Shown in pieces: positions 1 to 9,519 of a stretch of DNA of 64,000 nt. Position 1 is the stretch's first letter. Each line of letters begins with the position of its first letter. Location: the IMG/VR virus record IMGVR_UViG_3300006467_001879, one strand, 5' to 3'. The notes beneath the pieces are model-generated. The model had not been told where the DNA came from, did not search any database, and saw nothing but the letters and a program-made list of their open reading frames with translations. This DNA is from an uncultured virus (IMG/VR IMGVR_UViG_3300006467_001879). Taxonomy: Duplodnaviria > Heunggongvirae > Uroviricota > Caudoviricetes. Position numbers and translations under genes: made by a program.

Positions 1-3000
1 GACCCAAAGTTTTTTATCAATACAAAAGGCAGAAATGATTTAGTTATTCATAACGGAGATAAACCTAAAAGTACAGTAGGTGTTATTATAGAAGCAAAGC
101 GACCAACCAATGCTTCTGAAATGCTTTCTAAAAAGGATATTAACAAAAAGGCTTTACAGGAACTGTTGTTATATTACATGAGAGAACGAATAACTCAACA
201 AAACCTTGAAATCAGATATCTTATTGCAACCAATATTAATGAATGGTTTGTTTTTGATGCACAAGAGTTTGAAAAGCACTTCGCTCAAAATAAAGAATTA
301 GTCAAAAAATTCAAGGAATTTGAAGCCGGAACTTTAAGCAGTGCTAAGAACGATTTATTTTACAATGAAATTGCAAAACCAGCCATAGCCAAAGCTGAAA
401 ATAAAATTGAATTCACCTATTTTGATATACCTAGTTACGATAAATCATTAAGAAATAATGATCCAAAAGACGACAATAAACTTATTGTACTTTTCAAACT
501 ACTTTCACCTGAACATTTATTAAAACTAGCTTTTGAAAATGATAGCAATGCTTTAGATAAAAGATTTTATACTGAATTACTTCATTTAATAGGACTAGAA
601 GAAGTAAAGGAAAAAAGTAAAAAGTTAATTGGAAGAAAAAAAGAGAAAGAAAGAAATAGCGGTTCATTGCTAGAGACTGCCATTAATGAAATACATAGTG
701 TTGAGAAAGTATATCGTTTAGATAACAAAGAAGCCTATGGTTCAACCTATGAAGAACAATTATTCAATGTTGGTCTAGAACTTTGCATAACATGGATAAA
801 TAGAATACTTTTCTTAAAACTGTTAGAAGCACAACTACTCACCTATCATAAAAATGATGAATCATATAAGTTTTTAGACCTTTCTAAGATAAAGAGTTTT
901 GATGATTTAAATACACTCTTTTTTAAAGTACTTGCCCGTAGAAAGGAGAAAAGAATTGAAGAAGTAAAAGAACTTTTTAGTAAAGTACCTTATTTAAATA
1001 GTTCATTATTTGAGCCAACTGAAATAGAACATAACACTATATTTATTGGTAACCTAAGAGATAATAAAGAAATACCAATTCATCCTTCTACCGTTTTAAA
1101 AGATGATAAGGGTAAAAAACGAACAGGTAGGCTAAATTTATTAGAATACTTGTTTGAGTTTTTAAATGCCTATGATTTTAGTAGTGAAGGCTCAGAAGAA
1201 ATACAAGAAGACAATAAAACACTCATTAACGCCTCAGTATTAGGTTTAATATTTGAAAAAATAAATGGCTACAAAGATGGTTCATTTTTTACTCCCGGGT
1301 TTATTACCATGTATATGTGTCGTGAAACCATTCGAAAGGCTGTTGTCCAAAAATTTAACGAAGCAAAAAAATGGAAATGCAAAAGCATAGAAGAATTATA
1401 CAACAAAATAGACGTAGAAAATAGACAAGAGGCAAATGAAATTGTAAACAGTATTAAAATATGCGACCCAGCTGTGGGTTCCGGTCACTTTTTGGTATCC
1501 GCTCTTAATGAAATGATAGCCGTTAAAAATGACTTAAAAATTCTGCAAGACCGAAATGGTAAAAGACTAAAGGAATATCATGTAGAAGTAGTAAATGATG
1601 AGTTAATTGTTACTGATGAAGAGGGCGAGTTGTATGAATACAATCCATTGAATAAAGAAAGCCAACGTGTTCAGGAGGCATTGTTTCATGAAAAGCAAAC
1701 AATAATAGAAAACTGTCTTTTTGGAGTAGATATTAACCCTAATTCAGTTAAGATATGTAGACTAAGGTTGTGGATAGAATTATTAAAAAGTGCTTATTAT
1801 AAAAGTAAGGATGAACTTGAAACGCTCCCTAATATTGACATTAATATTAAGTGTGGAAATTCTTTAATTAGCCGATTTGATTTAAATACCGATTTAAGTG
1901 AAGTTCTGAAAAAGAACAAAATTAAAATAACAGATTATCGTAACGCAGTAAATACCTACCGTAATGCTCAAAATAAAGAGCAAAAACGTGAAATGGAACG
2001 CTATATTGATGAGATAAAAAATAATTTTAGAAGTGAAATAGCACGTAATGACCCTAAAATAAAAAGACTTTCAAAGTTAAAAGGAGATTTAGTGAACCTT
2101 ACAAAACAGACGAACCTTTTTCAAATGAGTAAAAAAGAAAAATCTGATTTGAAAAAGGAGGAGACAAAACTTACAAAAGATATTAATAAGCTAGAAGAAG
2201 AAATTGAAAATATAAAGAACAATAAAATTTACATCAATGCTTTTGAATGGCGTTTTGAGTTTCCAGAAGTATTAGATGATAAAGGCATTTTTGTGGGATT
2301 TGATGTGGTGATTGGGAATCCGCCATACATAAGAGTACAAGAGCTTCCTTACGAAGCAATTGATTATTATAAATCTAATTTTCAAGTTGCATATAAGAGA
2401 ATTGATATTTCAGTTCTTTTTTCAGAATTAGGTTACAATCTCTTGAATCATCAAGGACACTTGACTTATATAACTTCAAATCAATTCCTTAAAGCTGAAT
2501 ATGGAAGAGAAGCACGCAAATTTTTGATAGGGAAATTATCAGTTAATGTCGATTATTCTAAAGTTTCAGTATTCGATGGATTAGCAACATATGTTTCCAT
2601 TATTGAATTGACGAAAAATTCATTTGACTCGGTTAAATATAAAAGCATTGAAAATACAACTGAGACACCAAAAGATTTTATCAAATTTGATTGCACTTCT
2701 TTAAGTGAAGAACCTTGGGACTTTAACATAAATCAAGACCTAATCAAAAAACTATATTATGAGCACCTTACTCTTGAACAAATCTCAAACTTTACTTATG
2801 GCGTTATTACAGGATTTGACAGTGCATTCCTTATATCAGTTGATGAAGTCAAAAACCTTGATTTAGAGCTAGAAATTACTAAAAACTTCATAAGACCACA
2901 GAATTACAAAAAGTATATTATTAATAGTCAGACATACTCTCTTATATATCCTTACACAGGCGATAATGAAATAATTGATGAAGAAACGTTAGAAAATGAA

Positions 3001-3555
3001 TATCCTAATTGTTATTCATTCTTGATAAGCCATAAAGAGAAACTAGAAAATCGTAAGGATAGCAGAGTTACAATAAAGGAAAAAGGGATTCCTTGGTATT
3101 CCATAATGAGACGTGTAGACCTGAAGGATATTGACTGCCCTAAAATAATTTTTTACGATGTTGGTATGGAGCCCAATTTCACATTGGATGAATACAATAA
3201 TATTTTCGGTGGTGGCACGAGCCACTCATTACGTATTGTCAACGATGCTTATCCATTGAAATACGTTCTTGGTGTTTTGAACTCTTCGTTAATGAAGTGG
3301 ATAATCTATGATATATGTCCAGTGAAAATGGGTGATGCAAGAAAATACGGTCTTAACTATATCAAAAAACTACCAATTCCTAAAGCATCTCAAAAAGTAC
3401 AGGAAAGAATAATCGAGCTTGTTGAAAATATAATGGATGAAAAAGCTAGAAATGGCAGCACCAAGCAACTAGAAAATCAAATTAATCAAATGGTTTATCA
3501 GCTTTATGGGTTAACAGAAGAAGAAATAGCTGTTGTAGAGAAAAGCATTAAATAA
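1..3555 (+). CDS. Type IIG restriction-modification enzyme (fused REase/N6-adenine MTase/TRD), 5' partial
   Basis: Frame is open from base 1 (DPKFFINTKGRNDLVIH...VIIEAKRP, a PD-(D/E)xK-like motif), so the true start lies upstream of the window. MTase motif I DPAVGSGHF, motif IV GNPPY, and a C-terminal TaqI-like TRD ending YQLYGLTEEEI. Confidence 0.9.
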   Translation, partial: DPKFFINTKGRNDLVIHNGDKPKSTVGVIIEAKRPTNASEMLSKKDINKKALQELLLYYMRERITQQNLEIRYLIATNINEWFVFDAQEFEKHFAQNKELVKKFKEFEAGTLSSAKNDLFYNEIAKPAIAKAENKIEFTYFDIPSYDKSLRNNDPKDDNKLIVLFKLLSPEHLLKLAFENDSNALDKRFYTELLHLIGLEEVKEKSKKLIGRKKEKERNSGSLLETAINEIHSVEKVYRLDNKEAYGSTYEEQLFNVGLELCITWINRILFLKLLEAQLLTYHKNDESYKFLDLSKIKSFDDLNTLFFKVLARRKEKRIEEVKELFSKVPYLNSSLFEPTEIEHNTIFIGNLRDNKEIPIHPSTVLKDDKGKKRTGRLNLLEYLFEFLNAYDFSSEGSEEIQEDNKTLINASVLGLIFEKINGYKDGSFFTPGFITMYMCRETIRKAVVQKFNEAKKWKCKSIEELYNKIDVENRQEANEIVNSIKICDPAVGSGHFLVSALNEMIAVKNDLKILQDRNGKRLKEYHVEVVNDELIVTDEEGELYEYNPLNKESQRVQEALFHEKQTIIENCLFGVDINPNSVKICRLRLWIELLKSAYYKSKDELETLPNIDINIKCGNSLISRFDLNTDLSEVLKKNKIKITDYRNAVNTYRNAQNKEQKREMERYIDEIKNNFRSEIARNDPKIKRLSKLKGDLVNLTKQTNLFQMSKKEKSDLKKEETKLTKDINKLEEEIENIKNNKIYINAFEWRFEFPEVLDDKGIFVGFDVVIGNPPYIRVQELPYEAIDYYKSNFQVAYKRIDISVLFSELGYNLLNHQGHLTYITSNQFLKAEYGREARKFLIGKLSVNVDYSKVSVFDGLATYVSIIELTKNSFDSVKYKSIENTTETPKDFIKFDCTSLSEEPWDFNINQDLIKKLYYEHLTLEQISNFTYGVITGFDSAFLISVDEVKNLDLELEITKNFIRPQNYKKYIINSQTYSLIYPYTGDNEIIDEETLENEYPNCYSFLISHKEKLENRKDSRVTIKEKGIPWYSIMRRVDLKDIDCPKIIFYDVGMEPNFTLDEYNNIFGGGTSHSLRIVNDAYPLKYVLGVLNSSLMKWIIYDICPVKMGDARKYGLNYIKKLPIPKASQKVQERIIELVENIMDEKARNGSTKQLENQINQMVYQLYGLTEEEIAVVEKSIK

Positions 3556-3947
3556 TGTTTAAAAAAATAGCCTACATCAAGCTAAATTCAAAGCAAAAGG
3601 AGAACTATAACTTTCATAAAGTTGCAGCTGCATTAGCGGATTATGGTTACAATTCTATGCGGCTTAATGATGATTGGCAGGGCGCAGACTTTATTTCTGT
3701 GCATATTAACGGAGATGAAATGCTGAAAGTACAGCTAAAAGGAAGATTCACTATTTCAAAAAAGTACATTGGGAAAGACATTTATATCGCTTTTATTGAA
3801 AATGATGTAATAAAGATCTATAAACACGATGAAGCAATAAAATTGCTAAAACCAAATGTACTTAAAAGTGAATCTTGGAAAGAAAATGGCAACTACAGCT
3901 GGGGCAAAACACCGGTAATGTTTAACGCGATTATTAAGGTACTTTAA
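3555..3947 (+). CDS. Small putative PD-(D/E)xK-fold nuclease
   Basis: Overlaps the RM stop codon (TAATG); GADFI...KVQLKG resembles a D...(Q/E)xK nuclease core. Confidence 0.5.
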   Translation: MFKKIAYIKLNSKQKENYNFHKVAAALADYGYNSMRLNDDWQGADFISVHINGDEMLKVQLKGRFTISKKYIGKDIYIAFIENDVIKIYKHDEAIKLLKPNVLKSESWKENGNYSWGKTPVMFNAIIKVL

Positions 3948-3993
3948 TTAAACGCGACTAACCCTTTTAATACAGAAATGATATTAAAAATAG

Positions 3994-4404
3994 CTAATGC
4001 AAGGAATTTGTAGAATAAAATATGTTAAAGCAGTCAAGTTCTGCTTTTACATCAATACTAGAATCATAGGTAGACAATGAAACAATCAGTTCTCTAAATA
4101 GTCTTACTGGAATAACCCCTTTTGTTTTTATTGCTAGTATAGCTAATTCAATTACGTTTAAGTCTTTATTGGCAGCTAAAACTATTGGAGCATCCGATGG
4201 CTTATTAGATACGAAAAAAACGTAATTATCATTATAATAATCTCGCTTCTCAATCATTACTTCTAAAAAAGCATAGTCTTCATTTAAACTAGCAAATGTT
4301 GTAGAAGCGGAAAAAATTGAGGAACTGTTTATGAGCCCATTCAACGACCGCCTAAGATAATAAGTATCTAATAGATGATATACTGATTTATAGGATATGC
4401 TCAT
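3994..4404 (-). CDS. Hypothetical protein
   Basis: 136-aa ORF 3 bp downstream of 4408-4692. Confidence 0.5.
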   Translation of the reverse strand: MSISYKSVYHLLDTYYLRRSLNGLINSSSIFSASTTFASLNEDYAFLEVMIEKRDYYNDNYVFFVSNKPSDAPIVLAANKDLNVIELAILAIKTKGVIPVRLFRELIVSLSTYDSSIDVKAELDCFNIFYSTNSLH

Positions 4405-4407
4405 TAT

Positions 4408-4692
4408 CTAACAAGGCGCTATTACAGTGTATTTAGCAACCTTTCTATTAGATATTTTTGGAACACCACTTAACTTATCTTTATCAGATTTTTCTGAAAC
4501 AGATTCAAAATAAATTAAGTTTCTAACTGCATTTGATAGCTTTAGAGCTTCCTCAAATTTGGCTTTTGCCAATGCTTTTGTTTTTTCTGTTATTATGGGG
4601 CCTCCTTTGCCTCTTAAAGCAATGGTAAAAGTCTTATCGTGCACATCTTCTATAATGTATGCTTCAACTTTTTTAATTACGGCTTTCATCAT
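4408..4692 (-). CDS. Hypothetical protein, weakly HicB-like
   Basis: 94-aa ORF; strand-strand-strand-helix pattern (YIIED..FTIAL..GPIITEKTKALAKAKFEEAL) is reminiscent of a HicB N-domain. Confidence 0.4.
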   Translation of the reverse strand: MMKAVIKKVEAYIIEDVHDKTFTIALRGKGGPIITEKTKALAKAKFEEALKLSNAVRNLIYFESVSEKSDKDKLSGVPKISNRKVAKYTVIAPC

Positions 4693-4863
4693 AAATTTTG
4701 TTTGAGTAAATATAATATTACTTGTAATATTTAAACGTTAATTTTTACAAAAAAGATACAAAAGTATTAAAATTAGGTAAAATCACTTACCAAATTTACG
4801 GTAAAACACTTAGTAAAAAATACATTAAATTATTTGGTAAACGAAGATATAAATTAAATAGTA

Positions 4864-5115
4864 TTACTTCTCCAAGTAGATATTTTTGCTTTTCAATTCT
4901 TTATCCACTTGTTTATAGTCTATAAAGGCTTTAAAAAAATTGTAATTTAATACTTCCCCAATCGTAATTAATAAGTTTGTATCTACGGATTCTCTAGTAA
5001 GTAAATCGTGAATGTTTTGAGGGCTTTTATTTATTCTTCTGGCAAACTCTGCCTTAGTCATTCCTAATTGAGATAACCTCAATTTTATCAAATTTCCTAC
5101 ATGAATAGATTTCAT
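4864..5115 (-). CDS. XRE-family HTH regulator
   Basis: HVGNLIK...GMTKAEFARRINKSPQNIHDLL..SVDTNLL..IGEVLNYNFF. Confidence 0.85.
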   Translation of the reverse strand: MKSIHVGNLIKLRLSQLGMTKAEFARRINKSPQNIHDLLTRESVDTNLLITIGEVLNYNFFKAFIDYKQVDKELKSKNIYLEK

Positions 5116-5227
5116 GTAACAATAAACATGATTTTAAGTCAGATTTTAGCTACATAAATATTCAATTATATTAGATTATATATTCAATTTAATTTTATAT
5201 TTGCTTTAAACCAATAATCAAATTAGT

Positions 5228-5701
5228 ATGAAAAAACTATTATTATCAATGCTTTTAATAGCATTTGTTTCTCCTGTATTTTATTCTTGTAAGAAAAAGA
5301 TATACGGATGTACTGACCCAAACGCCTTAAATTATTCTGAAGTAGCTACTGAAGACGGAAAAGACTGTGTATACAAGGAAGCTGAAAAAGATGAAGTATA
5401 TAGTTCAAGAGTAAATAATGTTGCATGGACTTTAGTCGGGAATGAATGGAAAATTATTTTAAACTGGTCTGAAATAACTCAAGAGGTTTTAAATAAGGGA
5501 GCAATACAAACTTTTCTAGGTGATGTAGGATATGATAATTGGTCACCTGTACCTGCCACTTTTTATCAAAGCAGTACATACTCTACATCTATTTTAGTGA
5601 ACTATTCGCTAAATAATGTAGAAATTATATGGGTCGACTCTGATTTAACTCCTCCATTAACTCCTCCCAACGTAGATGTTAAGGTAGTTATATCACTATA
5701 A
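5228..5701 (+). CDS. Lipoprotein with GCTDPNALNY motif
   Basis: Signal peptide with lipobox (FYSC-KK), followed by the GCTDPxAxNY motif; TATATTTG promoter-like box just upstream. Confidence 0.8.
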   Translation: MKKLLLSMLLIAFVSPVFYSCKKKIYGCTDPNALNYSEVATEDGKDCVYKEAEKDEVYSSRVNNVAWTLVGNEWKIILNWSEITQEVLNKGAIQTFLGDVGYDNWSPVPATFYQSSTYSTSILVNYSLNNVEIIWVDSDLTPPLTPPNVDVKVVISL

Positions 5702-5704
5702 TAT

Positions 5705-5727
5705 AAAGGGCTTAACAGCCCTTTTTT
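5705..5727. terminator. Bidirectional intrinsic terminator
   Basis: AAAGGGC-TTAACA-GCCCTTTT between convergent genes. Confidence 0.65.
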
Positions 5728-6532
5728 CTTTTCTCAGGGTTTGTAATTCGCTTAACATTCTTCTTAGGTTTATACCCGACCAAACACTTATCGTCTTCTA
5801 CCGATTTTGCAATAGTTTTTTCAAAAGTAGATTTTGAAGAACGATAATTGTATTTGTAGGCAAACTCTACCATATAAAAAGGCAAATATTTCTTACTTAA
5901 TACTTGGTATTCTCCTTTAATTCCATTTTTTACTCGTGACCAAAATCCCTCAATTGTATTTGTGTGAATAATACCCCTTGAATATTCTTTTTTGTGGTCA
6001 ATAGTTTAATGCTGCAAATAGTCATCAAACTTTTTATAAGACCTAAATTCATCCGTCATCATTACAGCGTTATCAAGAGCCACATATTTTTTAAGCATAG
6101 CTAACATATCTCTTGACGTAAGACTATCCATTACTTTTGTTATTACTCTTTTTTGTTCTTCACGTTCTACAATTCCCACTACCGGGATTTTAGAAGTTCC
6201 TCTACCTCTTTTTGGTTTTTGGTAGTTACAGTAGATAAATTTGCTAGGTTGGCATCTACTTTTACAAATCGTTTTCTAGGACGACCGCCTATATAAGTTT
6301 CGTCCATTTCTAAAATCCCTTCTAATAACCCTCCGTCATCTACCATTGCACACCTTACACGCATAGCAGCATACCAAGCAGATTTATATGTAATCCCAAG
6401 TTGACGAGATAATTCAGCAGATGAAACGCCTTTTTTAGCTTTTAACATTATTGCAATAAGTAAAAACCATTTTGGTAATGGTAATTTACTTGCTTCAAAA
6501 ATAGTGTCTTTTAATACAGTAAAGTCTTTGTT
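5712..6532 (-). pseudogene. IS1595-family (ISXO2-like DDE) transposase pseudogene, 5' truncated
   Basis: Reads KDFTVLKDTIFEASKLPLPKWF...GVSSAELSRQLGITYKSAW...EMDETYIGG; frameshift near 6210; then KRGRGTSKIPVVGIVER...MTDEF..H*TIDH...HTNTIEGFWSRVK...YMVEFAYKYN with an in-frame TAA. The N-terminal Zn ribbon is missing. Confidence 0.9.
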
Positions 6533-6540
6533 AGCAACAG

Positions 6541-7089
6541 TTATTTTTCGAACAAATTTTCGTTAGCGGGTGAACCTCCATACAATTCACATAAATGAAG
6601 GAAAGCACGTTTAAGTTCTTCTAAATCACCAATTGTTAAATTCAATGAAATTTCAACTTTCCCATTAATGTTTTGTTCCGAATAAACACCATTAATCTGT
6701 ATTTTCTTTTTACATAGTGAATTGGGCTTAAAGTTTAGAACCAATGTGTTATGTATAGTGCCTCCACCAAAGTCAAGTTGTGTTATTTTAATACTTGAAA
6801 TTTCTTTGATGTCCATTAGGTGAACAAACGTTGCTATTCCGTTTTTAGTCAAAAGAGATCGTTGATATACAAACAAATGCTTGTATGATTCTTCTGTGAA
6901 GTTCTCGCCATATAAGAATTTGGCATCTCCAATATTAAAATCATTGTGAGAGTAACATTCATGAGTATAGGTCGCAACTGGATATGAGTTGATAATATCT
7001 TTTAAATACTGAATTGTTTGGTCTTCAGTTTGTGCACATAAAAATTTACTAAATATCAGAAGTACCGCTAATGTAAAAGTTTTTCTCAT
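6541..7089 (-). CDS. Cassette-borne secreted hypothetical protein
   Basis: Sec signal peptide (…FLCAQ); lies between an attC site and a truncated R'' box. Confidence 0.75.
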   Translation of the reverse strand: MRKTFTLAVLLIFSKFLCAQTEDQTIQYLKDIINSYPVATYTHECYSHNDFNIGDAKFLYGENFTEESYKHLFVYQRSLLTKNGIATFVHLMDIKEISSIKITQLDFGGGTIHNTLVLNFKPNSLCKKKIQINGVYSEQNINGKVEISLNLTIGDLEELKRAFLHLCELYGGSPANENLFEK

Positions 7090-7111
7090 TGTTATTTTTT
7101 TAATAGTTGTT

Positions 7112-7243
7112 CCCTAACGGTCTGGTATAACCGTCAGTTACGGGATTAAAGATAATGTTTTTCGGTAAGAACTGACCTTAGCAATTCCGAGTGGATTCAG
7201 ACGTACTCGAATCCGCCACAATTGCGGTTATAGACTGTTGTGT
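7112..7243 (-). repeat. attC-like recombination site
   Basis: Minus strand: ACACAAC-AGTCTATAACCG ... CGGTTATACCAGACC-GTTAGGG, i.e. R''(AAC) and R'(GTT) boxes with imperfect inverted arms. Confidence 0.85.
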
Positions 7244-7251
7244 GCAGTACT

Positions 7252-7890
7252 TTATTGTTCAAGTATTTCTTTAAAGCTCTTTTCAATCTCTTTTTTAATT
7301 GGTATTATTTTTTCAGGAACTTTTTTATAAGCTGTATATGCTTTCATATGAATTTTTGGGTCTACAGTGTCTCCAAATTTTCTCAAAAAATGATTTTGTG
7401 AATAGTCATTATAAACATCACTAATTTCTTTTAAATAATTTTCAATCAAAGTAGTTATTTTATCATCAAGATAAATTTTATTATTTGAAAAATAGCCTGC
7501 AAAATTATTATGAGCATCAATAAAATTCATTTGAAGATTGTCTTCGTTTTCCTCAAAAGTTGTTCCGTTTGGTGTCGACTTTACTGGTGAGATATATAAG
7601 TTAAGTTCGTTGATTGCTTTGTTCAACAGTTGATACATTTTCTCTAAAACAGTAAATCTCTTTTCGTGAAGCCTAGTAAACTTAAAGTTTTCTTTAGACT
7701 TTAGTAAATTTATTTCAGCTTGAAATTTAGTAATTTCAATTTGATGTTCTTTTTCTAGTTTTTCTATTTTTTTATCAAATCCAATTTTTATATTTCCTTT
7801 TACTTTTTCGGTAAAGTATAATGTCAGTAGTGTTCCAATCAAAGTTGGAATAATAGAATATATCAATGCATTAATTAATGATGTTTCCAT
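7252..7890 (-). CDS. Cassette-borne membrane-anchored coiled-coil protein
   Basis: N-terminal TM helix followed by heptad-rich helices; flanked by attC sites. Confidence 0.75.
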   Translation of the reverse strand: METSLINALIYSIIPTLIGTLLTLYFTEKVKGNIKIGFDKKIEKLEKEHQIEITKFQAEINLLKSKENFKFTRLHEKRFTVLEKMYQLLNKAINELNLYISPVKSTPNGTTFEENEDNLQMNFIDAHNNFAGYFSNNKIYLDDKITTLIENYLKEISDVYNDYSQNHFLRKFGDTVDPKIHMKAYTAYKKVPEKIIPIKKEIEKSFKEILEQ

Positions 7891-7912
7891 ACTTTACTTT
7901 TCTCGTATTGCT

Positions 7913-8105
7913 CCCTAACGGTTAGTATATGGCAAGTAGGGCAGTAGAAAGGGATGAACTTTCGAGTTTGCACTGAGCCAAAGCGTTGTATTTTGTTTTT
8001 ATCTTATTCATTTTAAAAGCCAAATCAACGATTTGGCGGTGTTGTAAATAGCATTGAACTTTCATAAATCACTGAACGCCCTATTTGCTATATACCGTGT
8101 TATGG
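7913..8105 (-). repeat. attC-like recombination site
   Basis: Minus strand: CCATAAC-ACGGTATATAGCAAATAGGGC ... GCCCTACTTGCCATATACTAACC-GTTAGGG. Confidence 0.85.
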
Positions 8106-8108
8106 GCT

Positions 8109-9356
8109 TTACTTTATTTCTCCTTTCATCATAGATTTAAAATTATTTACAAATTTTGAAACTTGACCTATTTTGAGAACTGAATTGAATACATCCATTG
8201 TTTTATTTAAAAAATCAATGTAGCTAATTTGAAATTCTTCATTTGGTCTTTTAGTTATTGGATAATAAGATATTATTTGATTTTCTAAATCTAATTTTGC
8301 TTTGAAATGATTTATTCCATTTCTTATTTTGTTATCAAATGAATTACAATAAACTTTTTTAGGAGGTAAATCAGTAGATAGATTTATTATTTCTAATTTT
8401 CGCCCATTGTCAATTGTCATAAAATCTGAAGCATTAGTAACATCTCTTGGACACCCTGCTGGTATTGAATCTTGAGCTCCTCTTTCTTTTATGTTTTGAA
8501 GCCTAAATATCAGATGACTATTTCTCCCTATGAACTCAAAGCAGTCTGTATAGAAATTTTTTAATTCATTAAAACCTTCTGCAGAGACATAGGAGTCTTC
8601 AATGTCAGTAGTATCATAAGCATATTGAAAATATTCTTTTAATTCATTGAATCGATTTATAATTCCGGATATTTCATTTCTTAATCTATTAATATATTCA
8701 TCAGTTGTGATATTTTGAACAAAATCGATTAATTCCGTATTCGTTTTATTACTCTCATTGAAGACATCTTCTAATAACCAAAAAACAAACTCTGTATGAT
8801 TATCAAAGTCAATCCAAGGAAATACAAAATAGTTTAACGAAACAAAATAAATTCTTTGATAATCTAAGTCAATTTTAAATTCGAATAACTCTTTTGGAGC
8901 AATGTTTCCGAGTAGACTTTTAGATAATTTTGCAATTATATCTTTGTTGAAGTCTGAATAAGCGAGTGTTAAATCTTTGAAGTCTGACCATTCTTCAGGT
9001 GAAAACATTTTTCGATTATCCTTAACATCCTTCAATTCCATTAGTTTTTTTGTAGGCATCCTAAGGGTCGGAAGCACAATGTTATGCTTTTCAGTAGATG
9101 GTTTTTTTATTGGAAGTGTATCACTGTATTCGTGAAAAAAATCTCCAGAAAGAAAGTTTCCTTCTATTAGTTCCCCTCTTTCAACATTAAAGTCCCAAGT
9201 TGCTTTTTCGAAATCAACTTTCAAAATAGCTTTGATTTCAGTTTTACACCCTAAACAATTATATTTTATTGGGAGTTCTTTTACCTCAGGTATTTGAAGT
9301 CTTAAATTCGTTGTCTTTTCACAACTTCTACACTTTATATGATATCTTGTCCACAT
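8109..9356 (-). CDS. Cassette-borne protein with N-terminal Zn ribbon and possible HEPN-like motif
   Basis: CRSC...CLGC at the N-terminus; RNGINH (Rx4H) near the C-terminus. Confidence 0.65.
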   Translation of the reverse strand: MWTRYHIKCRSCEKTTNLRLQIPEVKELPIKYNCLGCKTEIKAILKVDFEKATWDFNVERGELIEGNFLSGDFFHEYSDTLPIKKPSTEKHNIVLPTLRMPTKKLMELKDVKDNRKMFSPEEWSDFKDLTLAYSDFNKDIIAKLSKSLLGNIAPKELFEFKIDLDYQRIYFVSLNYFVFPWIDFDNHTEFVFWLLEDVFNESNKTNTELIDFVQNITTDEYINRLRNEISGIINRFNELKEYFQYAYDTTDIEDSYVSAEGFNELKNFYTDCFEFIGRNSHLIFRLQNIKERGAQDSIPAGCPRDVTNASDFMTIDNGRKLEIINLSTDLPPKKVYCNSFDNKIRNGINHFKAKLDLENQIISYYPITKRPNEEFQISYIDFLNKTMDVFNSVLKIGQVSKFVNNFKSMMKGEIK

Positions 9357-9365
9357 AATTTTTTA

Positions 9366-9500
9366 TTGCCCACAACTATTGGCTAATCGGCATATGCCTC
9401 ATAACCAATCATTATGGGAATAAAAGTAATACTTTTTACCCAAAATTTAATAAATTCTCGTTATTATGGATGTGCCCGATTTTAGGTAAATATGGTGGGC
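9366..9500 (-). other. Array-proximal recombination site (attI-like), no adjacent integrase
   Basis: GTTGTGG-GCAA core at 9376-9366 (minus) just before the first cassette, with no paired R'' or inverted arm. Confidence 0.5.
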
Positions 9501-9519
9501 TAAAAGGAGTTTGTTATTT

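Noticed and set aside
5712..6532. Active IS1595 element
   Set aside because: Truncated, frameshifted and with an internal stop; no terminal inverted repeats identified.
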